A stretch of 64,000 nt of DNA, from assembly GCA_963712815.1 (NCBI GenBank), contig CAVQJL010000012.1, positions 925,027 to 989,026 on the forward strand. The letters run 5' to 3'. The stretch comes from an uncultured Gammaproteobacteria bacterium (lineage in GTDB: Bacteria > Pseudomonadota > Gammaproteobacteria > Steroidobacterales > Steroidobacteraceae). Positions 61,714-64,000 of this stretch are shown here, in pieces (the stretch's first letter is position 1; each line of letters starts with the position of its first letter). The translations under genes were made by a program, and so were the position numbers. The notes under the pieces are model-generated. The model did not search any database. It was not told the origin of the DNA and was given only the letters and a program-made list of their open reading frames with translations.

Positions 61714-62886
61714 ATGAGCACGGGCAAGAAGATCTGGGCCTACCGCCGCGAGAACGGCCGCGTCGGCGTCCGCAACCACGTCGCCATCCTCCCGGTGGAC
61801 GACATCTCGAACGCCGCCTGCGTGGCTGTGGCGAACCACATCCAGGGCACGATCGCGCTGCCCCACGCCTATGGACGCCTGCAGTTCGGCGAAGACCTCG
61901 AACTGCACTTCCGCACCATGATCGGCACCGGCGCCAATCCGAACGTGGCCGCCTGCATCGTGATCGGCATCGAGCCGGGCTGGACGCAGAAGATCGTCGA
62001 CGGCATCGCCGCCACCGGCAAGCCCGTCGCGGGCTTCTGGATCGAGGGCAATGGCGACATCGCCACCATCGCCGCCGCCTCGCGGAAGGCCAAGGAGTTC
62101 GTGCACCAGACCTCCGGCCTGGTACGCGTCGAGTGCGACCTCGAAGAACTGTGGATCGCGGCCAAGTGCGGCGAATCCGACACGACGACCGGGCTTGCCT
62201 CCTGCCCCACCGTCGGCAACATGTACGACAAGCTGGTCCCGGCCGGGCTCTATGGCTGCTTCGGCGAGACGTCGGAACTGACCGGCGCCGAGCACCTCGC
62301 CGCCGCGCGCGCCGCGACCCCGGAGGTGCGCGAGAAGTTCATGAAGACCTGGCAGGCCTACCAGGACGACGTGATCGAGGCGCACAAGACCTCCGACCTC
62401 TCCGACAGCCAGCCCACCAAGGGCAACATCGCGGGCGGCCTGACCACGATCGAGGAAAAGGCGCTCGGCAATCTCGAGAAGATCGGCAAGAAGGTGAGCT
62501 TCATCGACGTGCTCGAACCCGCCGAGGCGCCGGCGCGCGGCCCGGGCCTGTACTTCATGGACACCTCGTCGGCCGCGGCGGAGTGCTGCACGCTGCAGGC
62601 GGCCGCGGGCTACGTGCTGCACATCTTCCCGACCGGCCAGGGCAACGTGATCGGCAACCCGATCATGCCGGTCATCAAGGTCACGGGTAATCCGCGCACG
62701 GTCCGGTTAATGTCCGAGCACGTGGACGTGGACGTCTCCGGGATCGTGCGCCGCGAGATGACCATCGACCAGGCGGGTGACGCGCTGATCGACATGATCG
62801 TGCACACCGCGAACGGCCGCTACACGGCGGCCGAGGCACTCGGCCACCAGGAATTCGTGATGACCAAGCTTTACCGGAGCGCCTGA
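61714..62886 (+). CDS. suyB: UxaA/GarD C-terminal-type large subunit; SuyB-like (R)-sulfolactate sulfo-lyase candidate (tentative)
   Basis: The product is 390 aa and reads [21 protein letters not shown]... with several Cys typical of Fe-dependent UxaA-family enzymes. The gene architecture is split. Confidence 0.55.
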   Translation: MSTGKKIWAYRRENGRVGVRNHVAILPVDDISNAACVAVANHIQGTIALPHAYGRLQFGEDLELHFRTMIGTGANPNVAACIVIGIEPGWTQKIVDGIAATGKPVAGFWIEGNGDIATIAAASRKAKEFVHQTSGLVRVECDLEELWIAAKCGESDTTTGLASCPTVGNMYDKLVPAGLYGCFGETSELTGAEHLAAARAATPEVREKFMKTWQAYQDDVIEAHKTSDLSDSQPTKGNIAGGLTTIEEKALGNLEKIGKKVSFIDVLEPAEAPARGPGLYFMDTSSAAAECCTLQAAAGYVLHIFPTGQGNVIGNPIMPVIKVTGNPRTVRLMSEHVDVDVSGIVRREMTIDQAGDALIDMIVHTANGRYTAAEALGHQEFVMTKLYRSA

Positions 62887-62892
62887 CCCGCG

Positions 62893-63912
62893 ATGAGCGA
62901 GCCCGTCCGACTGGCTCTCGCAGAGGCCGAGGCGCTCGCCTGCGAGGCTCTCGCCGCCAGCCGCACGAGCACCGCTAACGCGCAGGCAACCGCGCGCGCG
63001 CTGGTCGCCGCGGAAGCCGACGGCCAGGCCGGCCACGGCCTGTCGCGCGTGCCCTCCTACGCGCTGCAGGCGCTGGCCGGCAAGGTCGACGGCCACGCGA
63101 CGCCGCGAATCGCGCAGGTCGCAGGGGCCGCGCTGCGCGTGGACGGCGGCTTCGGCTTCGCCTACCCGGCCATCGACCTCGCGATCGCGGCGCTGGCGCC
63201 GCTCGCGCACGAGCACGGCATCGCGGTCGCCGCCCTCCACCGCTCGCACCACTTCGGCCAGGCGGGCGCGCATGCCGAGCGGCTGGCCGAACGCGGCCTC
63301 GTCGCGATCGTGCTCGGCAACTCGCCCAAGGCCATGGCCTTCTGGGGCGGCCGGCGGCCGACACTCGGGACCAACCCCCTGGCTTTCGGCGCGCCCCTGC
63401 CGGGCGGCGCCGATCCGCTCGTGATCGACCTCGCGATGTCGGTGGCGGCCCGCGGCAGGATCGTCGCCGCCGAAAAGGCCGGCAAGCCGATCCCGGGCGA
63501 CTGGGCCGTCGACGCGCAGGGCCGCCCGACCACCGACCCGAAGGCCGCGCTCGGCGGCACGCTGCTGCCGATCGGCGGCGCCAAGGGTGGCGCGCTGGCA
63601 CTGATGATCGAGATCCTCGCGGCAGCGGTCACGGGCGGCGCCTTCGGCTGGGAGGCGAGCTCGTTCTTCGACGACCAGGGCGGCCCACCGAACATGGGCC
63701 ACGTGCTGATCGCGCTCGACCCGGGGCGGCTGTCCGCCGGCCGGTACGATGAGCGCATGGCGACCCTGCTCGCGGCCATCGCCGCCGAGCCGGACGCCCG
63801 CCTGCCGGGCACACGCCGCCTCGCGAACCGCGCGCGTGCGGCGGCAAACGGCATCGCCATCCCGGCAGCGCTGCACGACGAGATCCGCGCACTCGTCGAG
63901 CGGCCCGCCTGA
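62893..63912 (+). CDS. Ldh_2-family (malate/L-sulfolactate-type) NAD(P)H-dependent oxidoreductase, ComC-like
   Basis: It has GHGLSRVPSY, SHHFGQAGAHAERLA, NPLAFGAP and GGAKGGALALMIE, patterns of the Ldh_2 family. Confidence 0.7.
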   Translation: MSEPVRLALAEAEALACEALAASRTSTANAQATARALVAAEADGQAGHGLSRVPSYALQALAGKVDGHATPRIAQVAGAALRVDGGFGFAYPAIDLAIAALAPLAHEHGIAVAALHRSHHFGQAGAHAERLAERGLVAIVLGNSPKAMAFWGGRRPTLGTNPLAFGAPLPGGADPLVIDLAMSVAARGRIVAAEKAGKPIPGDWAVDAQGRPTTDPKAALGGTLLPIGGAKGGALALMIEILAAAVTGGAFGWEASSFFDDQGGPPNMGHVLIALDPGRLSAGRYDERMATLLAAIAAEPDARLPGTRRLANRARAAANGIAIPAALHDEIRALVERPA

Positions 63913-63944
63913 ACGCCCCGGCCGCGCCGGTTCGGAGACCCGTC

Positions 63945-64000
63945 ATGCCCGAGATCGTCATAACCGAATTCATGGACGAGGCTGCCATCGAGGCCCATTT
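63945..64000 (+). CDS. 5' end of a D-isomer-specific 2-hydroxyacid dehydrogenase-like gene (partial, runs off the window)
   Basis: GGAG RBS is present. Only MPEIVITEFMDEAAIEAH is visible, which resembles the N-termini of PGDH-like 2-hydroxyacid dehydrogenases. Confidence 0.4.
   Translation, partial: MPEIVITEFMDEAAIEAH

Overview
This is a very GC-rich proteobacterial chromosome segment whose gene content looks Xanthomonadales- or Nevskiales-like (inference). I saw no rRNA, tRNA, CRISPR array, transposase or integrase. All product calls rest on motif and architecture recognition in the supplied ORF translations, on start-codon/RBS inspection and on gene context; no similarity search was run.

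Layout, left to right:
- 17-16.2 kb: housekeeping genes. These are fadBA (minus strand), slt, two hypothetical genes, an Obg/DRG-like GTPase, zwf, an S10 carboxypeptidase, a short-form gnd, ppdK and a small OMP barrel.
- 16.3-38.9 kb: a 26-gene xanthomonadin-type aryl-polyene (APE) pigment/lipid cluster. It has a XanB2-type chorismatase, an aryl-AMP ligase, 2 ACPs, 3 KS/CLF, FabG, 4 hotdog dehydratases, a thioesterase, GT2, LpxL-like and PlsC-like acyltransferases, a LolA-like + MMPL export pair and two flavin halogenase-type genes. An Sfp-type PPTase, a membrane protein and a B12-binding radical SAM enzyme sit at its right edge.
- 38.9-49.5 kb: mixed accessory genes. These are a secreted 5x EF-hand protein, a TonB-C-like lipoprotein, an acetoacetate-decarboxylase-like protein, YhhN, an FAD oxidoreductase, a broken patatin gene, NamZ/DUF1343, a lower-GC S41-like peptidase gene, gor and an atypical LMW-PTP-like gene.
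- 49.5-64 kb: in my view the most interesting part, a candidate single regulon. A GntR/HutC regulator heads an operon of PfkB kinase, DeoC/LacD class I aldolase, fucose-isomerase-like protein and GH31 glycosidase. Downstream on the same strand lie a TonB-dependent receptor and a TRAP transporter. Divergent from the regulator are a SuyAB-like split SAF/UxaA lyase, an Ldh_2 dehydrogenase and a 2-hydroxyacid dehydrogenase. The motif CTTATATAAGAC occurs in both AT-rich promoter gaps. I propose, as a hypothesis, a variant sulfoquinovose/sulfolactate (sulfo-sugar) catabolic system. A hexuronate/aldarate pathway is the main alternative.

Four apparent 1-nt reading-frame breaks were seen: the fadA 3' end, the MMPL exporter, and two in patatin. 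They are either real pseudogenisation or assembly indels.
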